From positions 124,093-188,092 of the forward strand of contig CAVXVP010000006.1 of NCBI GenBank assembly GCA_963765245.1: a DNA stretch of 64,000 bases. The letters run 5' to 3'. The stretch is from an uncultured Chloroflexia bacterium. Its GTDB lineage: Bacteria > Chloroflexota > Limnocylindria > Limnocylindrales > CSP1-4. This document shows positions 37,318 to 47,052 of this stretch, piece after piece (the stretch's first letter is position 1; each line of letters begins with the position of its first letter). A program made the position numbers and the translations under genes. The notes below the pieces were generated by a model, which was not told where the DNA came from, searched no databases, and saw nothing but the letters and a program-made list of their open reading frames with translations.

Positions 37318-39061
37318 GTGTCCGGTCTGATGTCGAGGCTCGCCACCGAGAGCGTCGGTGCGCGCGCCGAGAAGCACATCCACGACCGGCTGCGCGAGGC
37401 GCTGCCGCCCGAGTTCACGCTGCTTCCAGAACGTCGCCTGGGTCGTCCGCGACCACGGCGTCGAGCGCGAGGGCGAGGCCGACGTCATCGTCGCCCACCC
37501 CGAGCGCGGCTTCCTGGTCATCGAGGTCAAGTCGGGCCCGATCACGCGCGACGCGCAGGGTCGCTGGTGGGCGGGCGGCCGCCCCCTCGATCGCGCGCCG
37601 TTCGAGCAGGCGGCCGACAGCCGCCACTCGCTGGTGGCCAAGCTGCGAGAGCTGCCCGACTGGCCGGCCGGGCTCAAGCCGATGTCCGGCCACGCCGTCG
37701 CCTTCCCGAACGCGGAGGTCGCGAGCCTCGGCACCAAGGTCTTCTTCCTCGGGCCCGACGCCGACCCCGACCTGATCATCGATCGCGCGATGCTCGAGCC
37801 CGACGGCCTGCGCAACGCGCGGCTGCGGACGTGGGTCGACACGGCGTACGAGCTGTGGTCGGGCGGCAAGGCGCAGTCGCCCGGGCAAGCAGGGCATCGA
37901 CATGCTGGCGGCGATGATCACCTCGCCGCTCGAGCTCCGGTCGCTGCTGCGGTCCGAGATCAAGGACGGCCAGCGCGAGGTCGTGCGGCTGACCGACGAG
38001 CAGCTGCACATGCTCAACACGCTGCGCGGGAGTGCGCCGGGCGGCGGTCGTCGGGGGAGCGGGGACCGGCAAGACGATGCTCGCGATCGCCAAGGCGCAG
38101 CAGCTCGCCGGGGAGGGGTTCGAGACCCTGCTCGTCTGCTTCAACTCGCCCCTCGCGCGCGTGCTCGCGGACGAGACCCGCGAGGTGGCGCAGCGGACCG
38201 GGCGGCTGACGGTCAGCACGTTCCACCAGCTGGCCGAGGACCTCGGGCGCGAGGCCGGGACCCTGCCGGAGAAGCCGGACCCGGTGACCGACGAGTGGTT
38301 CGCCGAGACGATGCCGACCGCGCTCGACGAGGCGATCGGGAAGCTCGGGCCGCGCTACCACGCGATCGTGGTCGACGAGGGGCAGGACTTCGATGCCGGC
38401 TGGCTGGCGTCGCTCGACGGGCTGCTCATCGGTGGTCGCGAGGACGTCATGTACGTCTTCCACGACCCGGCGCAGTCGATCTTCCGTCCCGACCAGATCG
38501 GGGAGCTGGGCCTGACCGAATACCCGCTCGACTTCAACTGCCGCAACCCCGCGCCCGATCCACGCGCTGCTCGAGCCGCTGGCCCTCGGCGGCCTCGCCT
38601 CCCAGGCCCGCCGGACCGACGGCCGCGCGCCCGAGCTGATCAAGGGCGACGTCGACGCCGAGACCATCGAGGCGCTGCGCAAGGTGCTCCATCGGCTGGT
38701 GGACGTCGAGGGCGTCGTCCCGGGCTCGATCGCCGTGCTGAGCGGGGTCGGCCTCGAGAAGTCGGCCGTCTGGAAGCAGCGCGTCTACGGCAACCAGGTC
38801 CTGTGGAACGGCGCGGTCGGCGACGACGGGAAGCTGCTGGGGCTGGCGGCGGGGGACGTGCCGGAGCAGCCGGCGGACGTCGTGCTGTGCGAGTCGGTGC
38901 GCCGGTTCAAGGGCCTGGAGCGGCCGGTGATCGTGCTGCTCGAGGTGCCGCGCGACGACCCGGACCGGCTGGATCGGCTGCTGTACATCGGGGCGTCACG
39001 GGCGACGCAGCACCTGGTGGTCATCGCGCCGACGGCGGTCCTGCGGCGGTTGGGCGGGTGA
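37318..39061 (+). CDS. NERD-domain nuclease fused to a UvrD/AAA_30-like superfamily 1 helicase (at least 2 frameshifts)
   Basis: NERD region: GEADVIVAHPERGFLVIEVKSGPITRDAQGRWW. Walker A VVGGAGTGKTMLAIAKAQQL and Walker B/DEGQ AIVVDEGQDFD. C-terminal UvrD_C-like ...VRRFKGLERPVIVLLEVP...LLYIGASRATQHLVVI. Confidence 0.65.
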
Positions 39062-40685
39062 CGGAACGTCATGTCGCACAGGCCTCAGACATCTGGTACG
39101 CGCGCGCGAGCGGATCCGTGCGCGGATCGACCTTCGGCGATCGCCGCGCGCGGCGAACGGGCCACTCGAGGCGATGACTGACTGGCTCAGCGAGCCGCGT
39201 CTTCGGGTTCGCCATTCGGGTGCTCGACGGATCGGTCGCGACCCGCGCAGCAGGCCTGCCGTGGTCGGCGTTCTGACGTCCGCGATCGCTCGGCAGCCTC
39301 TCGCGACCGAGAGTGATCTCGATGGGCCTGCCTCAGCTCGGCGTTCACCCGAGACAGGGCGCCTGCCCGCCGAACCGCCGGCCACGCTGGTCGCCTGCCG
39401 ACGGCGTCCCGGTCCGAACGGGCATCGGGCTCGGGCGATCGCGCACGAGCCCTGGGAAAGGCCGTACATCGGGCTAATCGAAAGCAAGGCGGCTGCGACA
39501 AGGCTGGGGCTGGGTGCGCGGCACGACGTCCAGGTAATCGCCATCCGGCGCGCGCGGGCGAGGAGCTGAGCGCGGAGCAGCAAATGGCGTGGCGCTAACG
39601 TCGGATGCTGTCAAGTAACGGACGGCATGCGAGTGGGCGAATCGATCGAGGGTCCGAACATGGCCGGTGGGGCCAGATCTGCGTGTTCGCCTGACAGGCG
39701 CGTACGAGTTCGAGATGGACAGCCCCAGGCAATTCGAGGATCGGTTCGGGCACGTCCTTCGAGTTGAGCTGATGGCTGGGCCGATCGATCGGCACGGCGC
39801 AGTGGTCAGCGAGGCCTGCGATCCAGCCTACGAAATCTCGGGCGTCTGTGGAACATGACGGCATATGGCGGCGACGTGGATCACGTCGTCGGGCATTCGG
39901 GCTGCGGAAATCTGATCGCGCGACGGCACGCGAGCGCGCGCGGGCGGCGCGCGCGCGAGCCGCCGAAGTCTCGATGGACAGGGCGATGGCACTTCTTGCC
40001 GCAATTGGTCAATACGCCACCGAGATCGGCGACCGTCCCGCTCACGTTGCATTGGCCGACTGTCGGCGCAGCTTCGACAACGGCGTCCTCGTGGTCGGCC
40101 AAGCCGTCTATGGGTGGATGAACAGCTGGACGGCGGGTGAAGCAAAACAAGCTCGAGCAGAGGCGCGAAAATCGTAGCACTAAGGCGAAGGGTCCGTTTC
40201 CACACCTTCAAGACCCGATGGCATGGATCGATGGCCACCACGCGCGCACGTTCGCCCTTTGGGCGGTCGCTCGCGATGGTGACGGATGTCCTCGCGCCAG
40301 GAGAGCAAACTCGGTTCAGCCGGCTTGCCTGGGCAAATCTCTATCCTGTCGCGCCAAACGACATCAAGGGGAACCCCGGCGGGGCTCTGAAAGCAGGCCA
40401 AACCAGGCCACTGCCGCGGCATTCCTCGACGCAGCGATCATCGAGATCCAGCCGCGGCTGGTGCTGGTCGTCGGTGGGCCGTATGTTGGCCGTTCGTCGA
40501 GCCGCTGGGGCTCGACGGGTGGACACGCGTCCGCACTTCCTGACTGTCGCCGAGGAGGCTCCGCTGGCGCAGCGCCGACTTCTCCAGGCGCATCCGTCGA
40601 ACGATCGGCCTGCCCCGTCGCGACCTGACGCCCGGCGCGATCCATCCGGCGGCACGCAGGCAGCCTCGCGGAGACCGTCTGCAAG

Positions 40686-40925
40686 GTGGGATGGGCGAAG
40701 AGCATCCGGCCACCGTCGGGCTACACGTCGGCGCTCAAGGTCGCCCAGATCATCGAGTACGGCTACGCCGACAAGGACCCGCGCCATTACCAGGAGGACC
40801 ATCTTGTCCCGCTCGAGCTGGGAGGAGCGCCGCGCGATCGCCGGAACCTCTGGCCGCAGCCTAACGAGGTCACCCTCTCTCGGAGGACGCGTCGAACTCA
40901 AGGGTCGGGGGCAACGAGATGAAGA
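40686..40925 (+). pseudogene. HNH endonuclease family protein remnant (actinobacterial DHxxPLxLGG...NLWPQ type)
   Basis: ...GYTSALKVAQIIEYGYADKDPRHYQEDHLVPLELGGAPRDRRNLWPQP, then the frame collapses. Lies inside a low-GC degraded stretch. Confidence 0.4.
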
Positions 40926-42266
40926 CTGGTTTTCGACGCCGCTAAACGTCAGGACGCGAGAACGGAAACGGCGGGGTCTCGGAGAAGCTCGCGTCGAGCA
41001 ATCCTCGAGGGACCGGCGTAAGCTCCTCCACGACAAGGCTCGCGAAGAGCTCGCGGCGAAGGTCTTGATCAGTGACGTACTGCGCGACGCTCGGCGAGAT
41101 CGGCCTCTACGATCGCGCTTGGTCGATGAGGTCCACGTACTCGACCGAATGCCTTCGTCCTAAGGAACTCGCCGGACCTTCGGGACGAGGGCGGCAAACT
41201 GCGACGGGCAGCTTTACGTCCTGCGCGGCTGCGCTTCGCGTAGTAGGAGATGACCTCCTCGGCGGTCTGGGGCTCCGGGATCGCGTAGTCGCGGTCGACC
41301 GCTTCTGGAGCGTGATGACGTCGACGCCCTCGTAGTGGAAGCGCTGCGCGGCGCGCCTCTGTCTGCCTGTCTTGATCGGAAGCCGCGGGGGCGTCGGAAC
41401 GCGCTGAACGTCGAGCGCGAGCGATCTCACAGCCAGCGTCTTCTTCCGCGCGAGCATCGGACTGAGAACAGGGACGGCGATGTCGCGGTCGAGCTTGGCG
41501 GGGTCAGGACCGCGATCGTCGTGATGACGAACGGCTCCATGAGGTCCGACGCTGTCGAGGGCGATGTCCTCTTCGCGCTGGAGCTTGCTCGACGAACTGC
41601 AGGAATGCGGCTGATTCCCAATGACGTCGACGCGCTCCGACGTACTGGGGACGTGGTATTGCCGGCAAACATCAAGGCGCAGCCCCGCGTCCGATCGTCT
41701 GTTCCGGGAGGATGTTCGGCTTCGATGCTGTAAACGGCCTGCAGGCCGACGATCACCGTGACGCTCTGCACGTCCCAGCCCTCGCGCAGTCATCAGGCAC
41801 GCTCACGATGGCGTTAATCGGGCTGGTCCCTCGTCGACGCCTGCCGGCGACCTCTCGCGGCGCGTCGAGATCCTTCTTGCGCGACGTCGCCGGTCCGGTC
41901 AGTGTGGATGACGAGCAGCTGCGGTTTGCCTCCCGCTCGAAGCGCCGGATCCACAGCCGAAGCGACGTCTTCATCGCTCGGCAGTGCGGTTCAGCATCAC
42001 GGGATCGATCTTCATGCGCAGAGTTCGCGATACTCGCGCATCTGGACCCGCGTAGGTACGCCGGTGCGGACACTGGCGATCTCGGAGGCTGCTCGGATCC
42101 CGGGTAACCTACAGTGGCGCTTACGACGTCATCTAGGATCGACTGCTTAGGGGTAGTCGTAGACTGTCCAGTGAAGAGCCCGCTCCGACGCGTTGGTAAT
42201 CCGGATCGGTTGCCCGCCTGAGCTCGTCTTGCCATCGCGAACGCCTCTTACGCTCGCTCGTTCGTC

Positions 42267-42730
42267 GTGCGCGGTGTCGTCGTTGACCGGGCACGACGTG
42301 ACGAGTGCCGGAAGCCGCGGCTGGCTAATCACAAAGGGCTCATCTGGCTGTTCGTCGCGTGGATCGGCGTGATGTTCCTCTGTGCGGTCGGCGTCTACAT
42401 CTCCGAGGTCGGTGTGAACCCGGGGATCCAGAGCCCACTGGATGCACTCTGGTGGGGCCTCACAACGATGACGACGGTGGGATATGGCGACATCGCGCTT
42501 GTGACCGGAGAGGGACGCCTTTCAGCGGCGGTGCTTCTGATCCTTGGGATCGGGCTCTACTCGGCCATCACCGCCAGGATGACGAGCTTTCTGGTAACAG
42601 GCGATTCGATACGGACGTTGCCAGCCAACTCGAGCGACTTGCGCAACTCGGTGTGGATGGTCGTCTCAGCGAGGCCGAGTTCGAAGCAGCCATGAGTGCC
42701 GTGCTCCGGCGATACCCGGGGGACGTGTGA
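42267..42730 (+). CDS. two-TM K+ channel (TVGYGD filter) with C-terminal SHOCT domain, one frameshift
   Basis: TM1 LIWLFVAWIGVMFLCAVGVYI, pore LDALWWGLTTMTTVGYGDIALVT, TM2 AAVLLILGIGLYSAITA. In a second frame the SHOCT-like tail QLERLAQLGVDGRLSEAEFEAAMSAVL. Stop at 42728-42730. Confidence 0.6.
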
Positions 42731-43740
42731 GCGTTCGATTCCGGAAGAGCATCGGCGCTCGGCCACGGGATGAGGCTGACTTTGGGCAAGCGCGGCGTAT
42801 CGACGTCGGTCGGAATCCCGGGCGCTCGCGTGTCGTACAACAACTCGGGTCGTGTGACCCGGACGCTCGGCCTCGGCACCGGGATTAGCAGCGTCTCCAC
42901 CGTCCGGACCGGGTCGCGAAGTTCGCGACGGAGCAGCCAGCCCAGACCGACGTCAAGGTCAAGAAGCCGGGCTTCTTCGCCGGTCGCACCGAGAAGCGGT
43001 ACTTCGATGCCGTAGTCGCGTTCGTCGAGGGCCGTGACAGTGACGTGCTCGCAGTCGTGGACGAGGTGTTGGCCGCCGATCCCAGCGCGATCAGCGCACA
43101 CCTACTGGCGGCCGTAGCAGCAGTTCGGTCCGATCAATCGATGGCTTTGGTCGAGGGCCACTTGGAAGCCGTGCTAGCCAGCGAGCACACGATGCCTGAC
43201 CACCTCGAGGCGAAGTACCTGCCGCCGGTCAGGATGGCCGCCGGGATCACGGAGAACGTGGTTGTCGAAGTGCCGTTCGGGCCGATTGGCGCGGCGCTGC
43301 TCCTAGCCGAGGTGTACCAGCTGGACGGTCGCCTCGACGAGGCCATCGGACTTGTCCAACAACTCGACACGGTCACGCCCGACGACCCGGTGATCCGGCT
43401 GTCGTTGTGCGACCTGCTGGTCGCCGATGGGGATTACGAGGGCGCTCTCGAGACCAGCGCCGGCGCGGTAAACGACGGGGACATGGGGGTCGAGACGCTG
43501 CACCTTCGCGGCGCCGCGCTGTTCGGGCAGGGAGAGCCAGGGCACCGCCGAAGCGTTCACCGCCGCGTTGGCCAAAAGAGCTGACCGTGACCCCGACCTG
43601 CTCATGAGCGTGCGATACGACCGCGCGCTGGCCTACATCGCGGCCGGACAGACGCGTAAGGCGCGCGCCGACCTCGAGAAGATCGTGGCAGCCGATCCCG
43701 GGTACCTCGATGTTCGGGATCGCCTCGCGAGCCTACCGTG
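42727..43740 (+). CDS. DUF4236-domain protein with C-terminal TPR-like region (frameshifted)
   Basis: GTG start overlapping the channel stop. VSVRFRKSIGA, then ...RLTLGKRGVSTSVGIPGARVSYNNSGRVTRTLGLGTGIS matches the DUF4236 N-terminal pattern. C-terminus ...DYEGALETSAGAV...YDRALAYIAAGQTRKARADLEKIVAADPGY. Confidence 0.5.
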
Positions 43741-43756
43741 ACGGCTGCGTTGATCG

Positions 43757-44062
43757 TCAGCGCCTCGACGCCACCGGTGACGCCGCGTTCGTGTTGAACG
43801 CCCGGAGCATGACCTCGTGGCGGCCGCCGAGCGAGTAGGTGGCGATGATCGGCACGCCCGCGGTGGCCTGGTGCTTGCCGTGGCGGTCGGTCACCTCGAA
43901 GCGGCCGTTGCCGAGGTTGCGGACCTTGAGGTCCGAGGTCTTGGACTTGTCGGCGACGACGTCGGTCACGTGCTTGTCGTTGGGGGCGTGGACGAAGCTG
44001 AGGCCGACCAGCCCGCCCGTAGCCGAGGTTGGCGGTGTGGATGACGTCACCACTGCCAGCAC
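43757..44062 (-). pseudogene. stand-alone copy of the C-terminal domain of the vWA/FN3 membrane protein (displaced 3' gene end; direct repeat of 47053-47380)
   Basis: MLAVVTSSTPPTSATGGLVGLSFVHAPNDKHVTDVVADKSKTSDLKVRNLGNGRFEVTDRHGKHQATAGVPIIATYSLGGRHEVMLRAFNTNAASPVASRR. About 90% nucleotide identity to the 3' 320 bp of the gene at 47053-48877, in the same orientation. Confidence 0.55.
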
Positions 44063-44142
44063 GTAGCCACGCCGTCGGGGACCCAGAACAAGGTTAATGT
44101 GATGGTGACTTTCGTCCTCGACGACTACGCAGAAGGGGCACG

Positions 44143-44649
44143 ATGAGCGACTCGACCGTGGACCCGACCCTCGACCGGCTGCTCCGCCATATGGGCTGGG
44201 CGAACGCCACGATGTTCGATTGGCTCAGCAGGCTGTCGGACGAGGCGCTCGGGCTGTCGTCCCCTCGCAACGAGTGGACAGCGTCGATGATCCTGGCGCA
44301 CTTGGTCGATTCGGCCGGCGGGTATGCCTCCCGTCTCGAGGGAGTGCCGCGTCAGGCTCGCATCGAGCCGCCGACGACGATCGCGGGGCTGGCCGAGCTT
44401 GCGGCATCGTGCGCCGCGTTCGACGCTCGCCTCCGATCACAAGCAGCCGTGCCGGACGGGCCTTCTCCCTCGCCGAAACCGGAGAACCCGACGCGGGCGC
44501 GATCGACCGTCCTCGCCCAGGCGATCCATCACGCGACCGAGCATCGCGCCCAGATCGCCGGCGCTCTCGCCGCGCACGGGATCGACGCGATCGATCTTGA
44601 CGAGCTCGACGTGTGGGCGTACGGCGACGCGGAGGGTCTCGGGGCGTAG
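44143..44649 (+). CDS. DinB-family (DinB_2) protein, intact
   Basis: MSDSTVDPTLDRLLRHMGWANATMFDWLSRLSDEALGL...ASMILAHLVDSAGGYASRLEG...AIHHATEHRAQIAGALAAHGID shows the His-rich DinB four-helix pattern. Confidence 0.65.
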   Translation: MSDSTVDPTLDRLLRHMGWANATMFDWLSRLSDEALGLSSPRNEWTASMILAHLVDSAGGYASRLEGVPRQARIEPPTTIAGLAELAASCAAFDARLRSQAAVPDGPSPSPKPENPTRARSTVLAQAIHHATEHRAQIAGALAAHGIDAIDLDELDVWAYGDAEGLGA

Positions 44650-44661
44650 CTTTTGGGCGTC

Positions 44662-44696
44662 TTGACAAACGTACGTTAGAACGTACAGTTCACCGC
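44662..44696 (+). promoter_or_regulatory. promoter with GTAC-repeat operator upstream of the Phd/RelE module
   Basis: cTTGACAaACGTACGTtagaACGTACAGTtcacc has a -35 TTGACA and a 17 bp spacer to TACAGT. The palindromic ACGTACGT and the repeated ACGTAC resemble Phd/YefM operators. Confidence 0.35.
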
Positions 44697-44972
44697 GTGA
44701 AGACGATTCCCATCAGCGACCTCCGGCAGCGCGTGGCCGATGTCATCGACGACGTCCAGTCGAGTGATGAACCGACCGTGGTGCTCCAACGCTCCCGCAA
44801 GGCTGCGTACATCGTCAATCCCGAACGGTATGAGCGCGACCAGGCCGAATTGAGCGCGCTGCGTCGCGCGATCTTCCTCACCGAGGTTCGCGAGGCGGAA
44901 GCCGAGTACAGCGCGGGCGACGCCCAGCGGTTCGACGACGTCGAGCAGCTCCTCGACGAGCTCCGGCGCTGA
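44697..44972 (+). CDS. type II antitoxin, Phd/YefM family
   Basis: VKTIPISDLRQRVADVIDDVQSSDEPTVVLQRSRKAAYIVNPERYERDQAEL... Confidence 0.7.
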   Translation: MKTIPISDLRQRVADVIDDVQSSDEPTVVLQRSRKAAYIVNPERYERDQAELSALRRAIFLTEVREAEAEYSAGDAQRFDDVEQLLDELRR

Positions 44973-44973
44973 C

Positions 44974-45228
44974 TTGCGGCTGACGGCCTCCAGTCGCTTC
45001 CTCCGAAGGGCGAAGAAGCTGCGGGAGCCGCAAGCATCGATGCTCCGCGCGGCCCTGCGGCGTTTCGCGGCCGAACCGCTCGACCCGCTGTTGCGAACAC
45101 ACAAGCTGAAGGGCGAGCTCGATCGGTACTGGGCGTTCAGCGTCGATGACGACCTGCGAGTGCTGTTCCGCTGGGAAGGTGACGAGGCGTTCCTGGTCGC
45201 TCTCGGCACGCACGACGAGGTGTACTGA
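44974..45228 (+). CDS. type II toxin, RelE/ParE superfamily
   Basis: TTG start 2 nt after the antitoxin stop. ...RFLRRAKKLREPQASMLRAALRRFAAEPLDPLLRTHKLKGELDRYWAFSVDDDLRVLFRWEGDEAFLVALGTHDEVY. Confidence 0.65.
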   Translation: MRLTASSRFLRRAKKLREPQASMLRAALRRFAAEPLDPLLRTHKLKGELDRYWAFSVDDDLRVLFRWEGDEAFLVALGTHDEVY

Positions 45229-45319
45229 CTCCCGACTTCGATGGCTTGAAGAAGGTCTGCGTCCTTGCCGCCGCCGAGCTCGCCGCGCAGTAACTACCAG
45301 TTACCCGGCTCCTGCCATC

Positions 45320-46084
45320 ATGGGTTGGATGGTCACGGTTCTTACAACCGCTCAGGTGGACAGACTTGGCGAGCGGCTGCGTGCCGGAGATCAGATCTCC
45401 GAGGCCGACCTAATTAGTCTTCAGGGCTTCCGCGCCGAACACGAAGAGGCACTCGTGGAAGTTCAGCGCCGAATCGAACGAGCGCTTCCTGGCATCGATC
45501 AGACAGCTCGCATCAAGACCATCCAGACGCTAGTCGACAAACTCCGTCGCCAACCGACCAAGCTGAGTCGCGTCCAGGACATCGCCGGCGTTCGAATCGT
45601 CCAGGAGATGGACCTGACGGAGCAGGATCAGATAGTGAACGCACTCCAAGGTGAGTTTCCACCGGCGCGGACCTTCGATCGACGAATCGAGCCGTCGTTT
45701 GGCTACCGAGCAGTTCACGTCGTGGTTCGCATCGGGCGCTGTTCTTGCGAGATCCAGGTCAGGACGAGGACGCAGCATCTTTGGGCCGAAGTCGTAGAAA
45801 GACTTGCGGATCAGTGGGGACGTCAAATTCGATACGGAGGTGTGCCGGATGACCCTGCGCGACCGATCGCGGATACCACGCGCGCCGAGCTCTGGGATGT
45901 CGTGGTCGGCATGTCGGACACTGTCCACCGCATCGAAGAGGTTGCGGCCGACCAGAACTTCGGCGTCGACGCTGGTGAGGCACCGGAAGGCTTCGATCGG
46001 GCAGAGGTTGAGGAGGCACGTCGCGCGATGCGGGAAGTCCTGGCCGAATTGGTGGAGTTCCTTGATCGTGGCGCAGCGCTATAG
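45320..46084 (+). CDS. RelA/SpoT-domain (small alarmone synthetase-like) protein; candidate toxSAS
   Basis: DIAGVRIV...GYRAVHVVVRIGRCSCEIQVRTRTQHLWAEVVERLADQWGRQIRYG is the RelA/SpoT synthetase-fold core (G/RxK...D, beta-strand GY.A.H..V, E.Q.RT..Q..WAE). About 59% GC, inside the TA island. Palindrome GTAACTaccAGTTAC lies just upstream. Confidence 0.65.
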   Translation: MGWMVTVLTTAQVDRLGERLRAGDQISEADLISLQGFRAEHEEALVEVQRRIERALPGIDQTARIKTIQTLVDKLRRQPTKLSRVQDIAGVRIVQEMDLTEQDQIVNALQGEFPPARTFDRRIEPSFGYRAVHVVVRIGRCSCEIQVRTRTQHLWAEVVERLADQWGRQIRYGGVPDDPARPIADTTRAELWDVVVGMSDTVHRIEEVAADQNFGVDAGEAPEGFDRAEVEEARRAMREVLAELVEFLDRGAAL

Positions 46085-46102
46085 TCCACCGAGGAGGTTC
46101 GG

Positions 46103-46333
46103 GTGCCGCAATTCCTGATCGTGTACAACCAGCTCACGGGCAACGTCGAGCTAACTGAATACGCCGACGACGCGCGGCATGCCGCGCTTGAACGCCGATT
46201 TGCCCTCGAGCGCGAACATCGCCTCGAGCCGCACATCGAGGTGGTGCTGTTAGGCGCCCGGTCCGAGGACGTGCTGAAGCGCACGCACGCTCGCTACTTC
46301 AAGACCGTTCGGGAGCTTCTCGAAAGCGCCTAA
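46103..46333 (+). CDS. small hypothetical protein immediately downstream of the RSD gene (candidate cognate antitoxin/partner)
   Basis: RBS GAGGAGG 6 nt upstream of the GTG start. 76 aa: MPQFLIVYNQLTGNVELTEYADDARHAALERRFALEREHRLEPHIEVVLLGARSEDVLKRTHARYFKTVRELLESA. Confidence 0.45.
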   Translation: MPQFLIVYNQLTGNVELTEYADDARHAALERRFALEREHRLEPHIEVVLLGARSEDVLKRTHARYFKTVRELLESA

Positions 46334-46368
46334 GGAACGTATTCGACTTCATCGAGCGGCTTAGATAT

Positions 46369-46392
46369 CCTTACATCACGGTCAATGTAAGG
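46369..46392 (+). promoter_or_regulatory. palindromic operator overlapping the vapB RBS
   Basis: CCTTACATcacggtcaATGTAAGG is an 8 bp perfect inverted repeat ending in the Shine-Dalgarno AAGGAG. Confidence 0.3.
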
Positions 46393-46404
46393 AGAACGCC
46401 CGTC

Positions 46405-46653
46405 ATGGAGATCAGCGCTCGGCTGAGTTCGAAGGGTCAGGTCACGGTCCCTCGCGCCGTGCGTGACGCCCTCTCACTCGAGGAGGGTGATCGGCTCGTC
46501 TTCCGCGTCGAGGGCGACCACGCGATCCTGGCCCGGACCGCGGACCTGCTCGCTTTGGCCGGCTCGGTCACCGTGCCGGCCGCAAAACGTGGGGCGCCGT
46601 GGGCGAGGGTGCTCGCCGAGACCCGGCGAACGCGAGCTGCGAAGCCGGGATGA
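46405..46653 (+). CDS. AbrB/MazE/SpoVT-type antitoxin (VapB-like)
   Basis: MEISARLSSKGQVTVPRAVRDALSLEEGDRLVFRVEGDHAILART... (swapped-hairpin beta-barrel motif). Confidence 0.7.
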   Translation: MEISARLSSKGQVTVPRAVRDALSLEEGDRLVFRVEGDHAILARTADLLALAGSVTVPAAKRGAPWARVLAETRRTRAAKPG

Positions 46654-47046
46654 CCGCGTTCGTCGATACGAACATCCTGATCCGACATCTCACCGGCGAT
46701 CCGCCTGCGCCAGGCGACGCGAGCCACGCGTTTCCTCGCGGAAGCCGATGAGCTCTTGCTGCCCGACCTGATCCTTGCCGAGATCGCTTATGTCCTGGAG
46801 TCGTTCTATGAAGCGCCTCGGCCGCAGGTCGCCGCGAGCCTTCGAGCGGTCCTCGCCTTCCCGCCGATCACGGTCGTGGACGCCGAGCTCGCGCAACGGG
46901 CGGTCGAGGTCTATGACGTCCACAGGCTCGACTTCGCCGAGGCGTATCTCGTCGCGTGCGCAGAACGGAGTGGCATCGGAGTCGTGGCGTCGTTCGATCG
47001 CTCGATCGACCGGGTCGGCACTGTCGAGCGGGTGGAGCCCCGCTGA
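46650..47046 (+). CDS. PIN-domain toxin VapC (one frameshift near 46710)
   Basis: MTAFVDTNILIRHLTGDPP then shifts to ...LLLPDLILAEIAYVLESFYEAPRPQVAASLRAVLAFPPITVVDAELAQRAVEVYDVHRLDFAEAYLVACAERSGIGVVASFDRSI, with the conserved acidic residues of PIN. Confidence 0.65.
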
Positions 47047-47052
47047 GGACCC

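Noticed and set aside
39061-40690. Short ORFs (39595-39864 -, 39667-39858 +, 39848-40177 +, 40137-40628 +) in the low-GC stretch
   Set aside because: Overlapping, mutually exclusive ORFs with no recognisable domains. Most likely decayed coding sequence, so they are left unannotated rather than called as genes.
41107-42235. Minus-strand ORFs (41107-41793, 41427-41771, 41753-42235) that could encode a recombinase or nuclease
   Set aside because: Fragments such as RFHYEGVDVITLQK are protein-like but I could not assign any family or a consistent frame, so no call is made.
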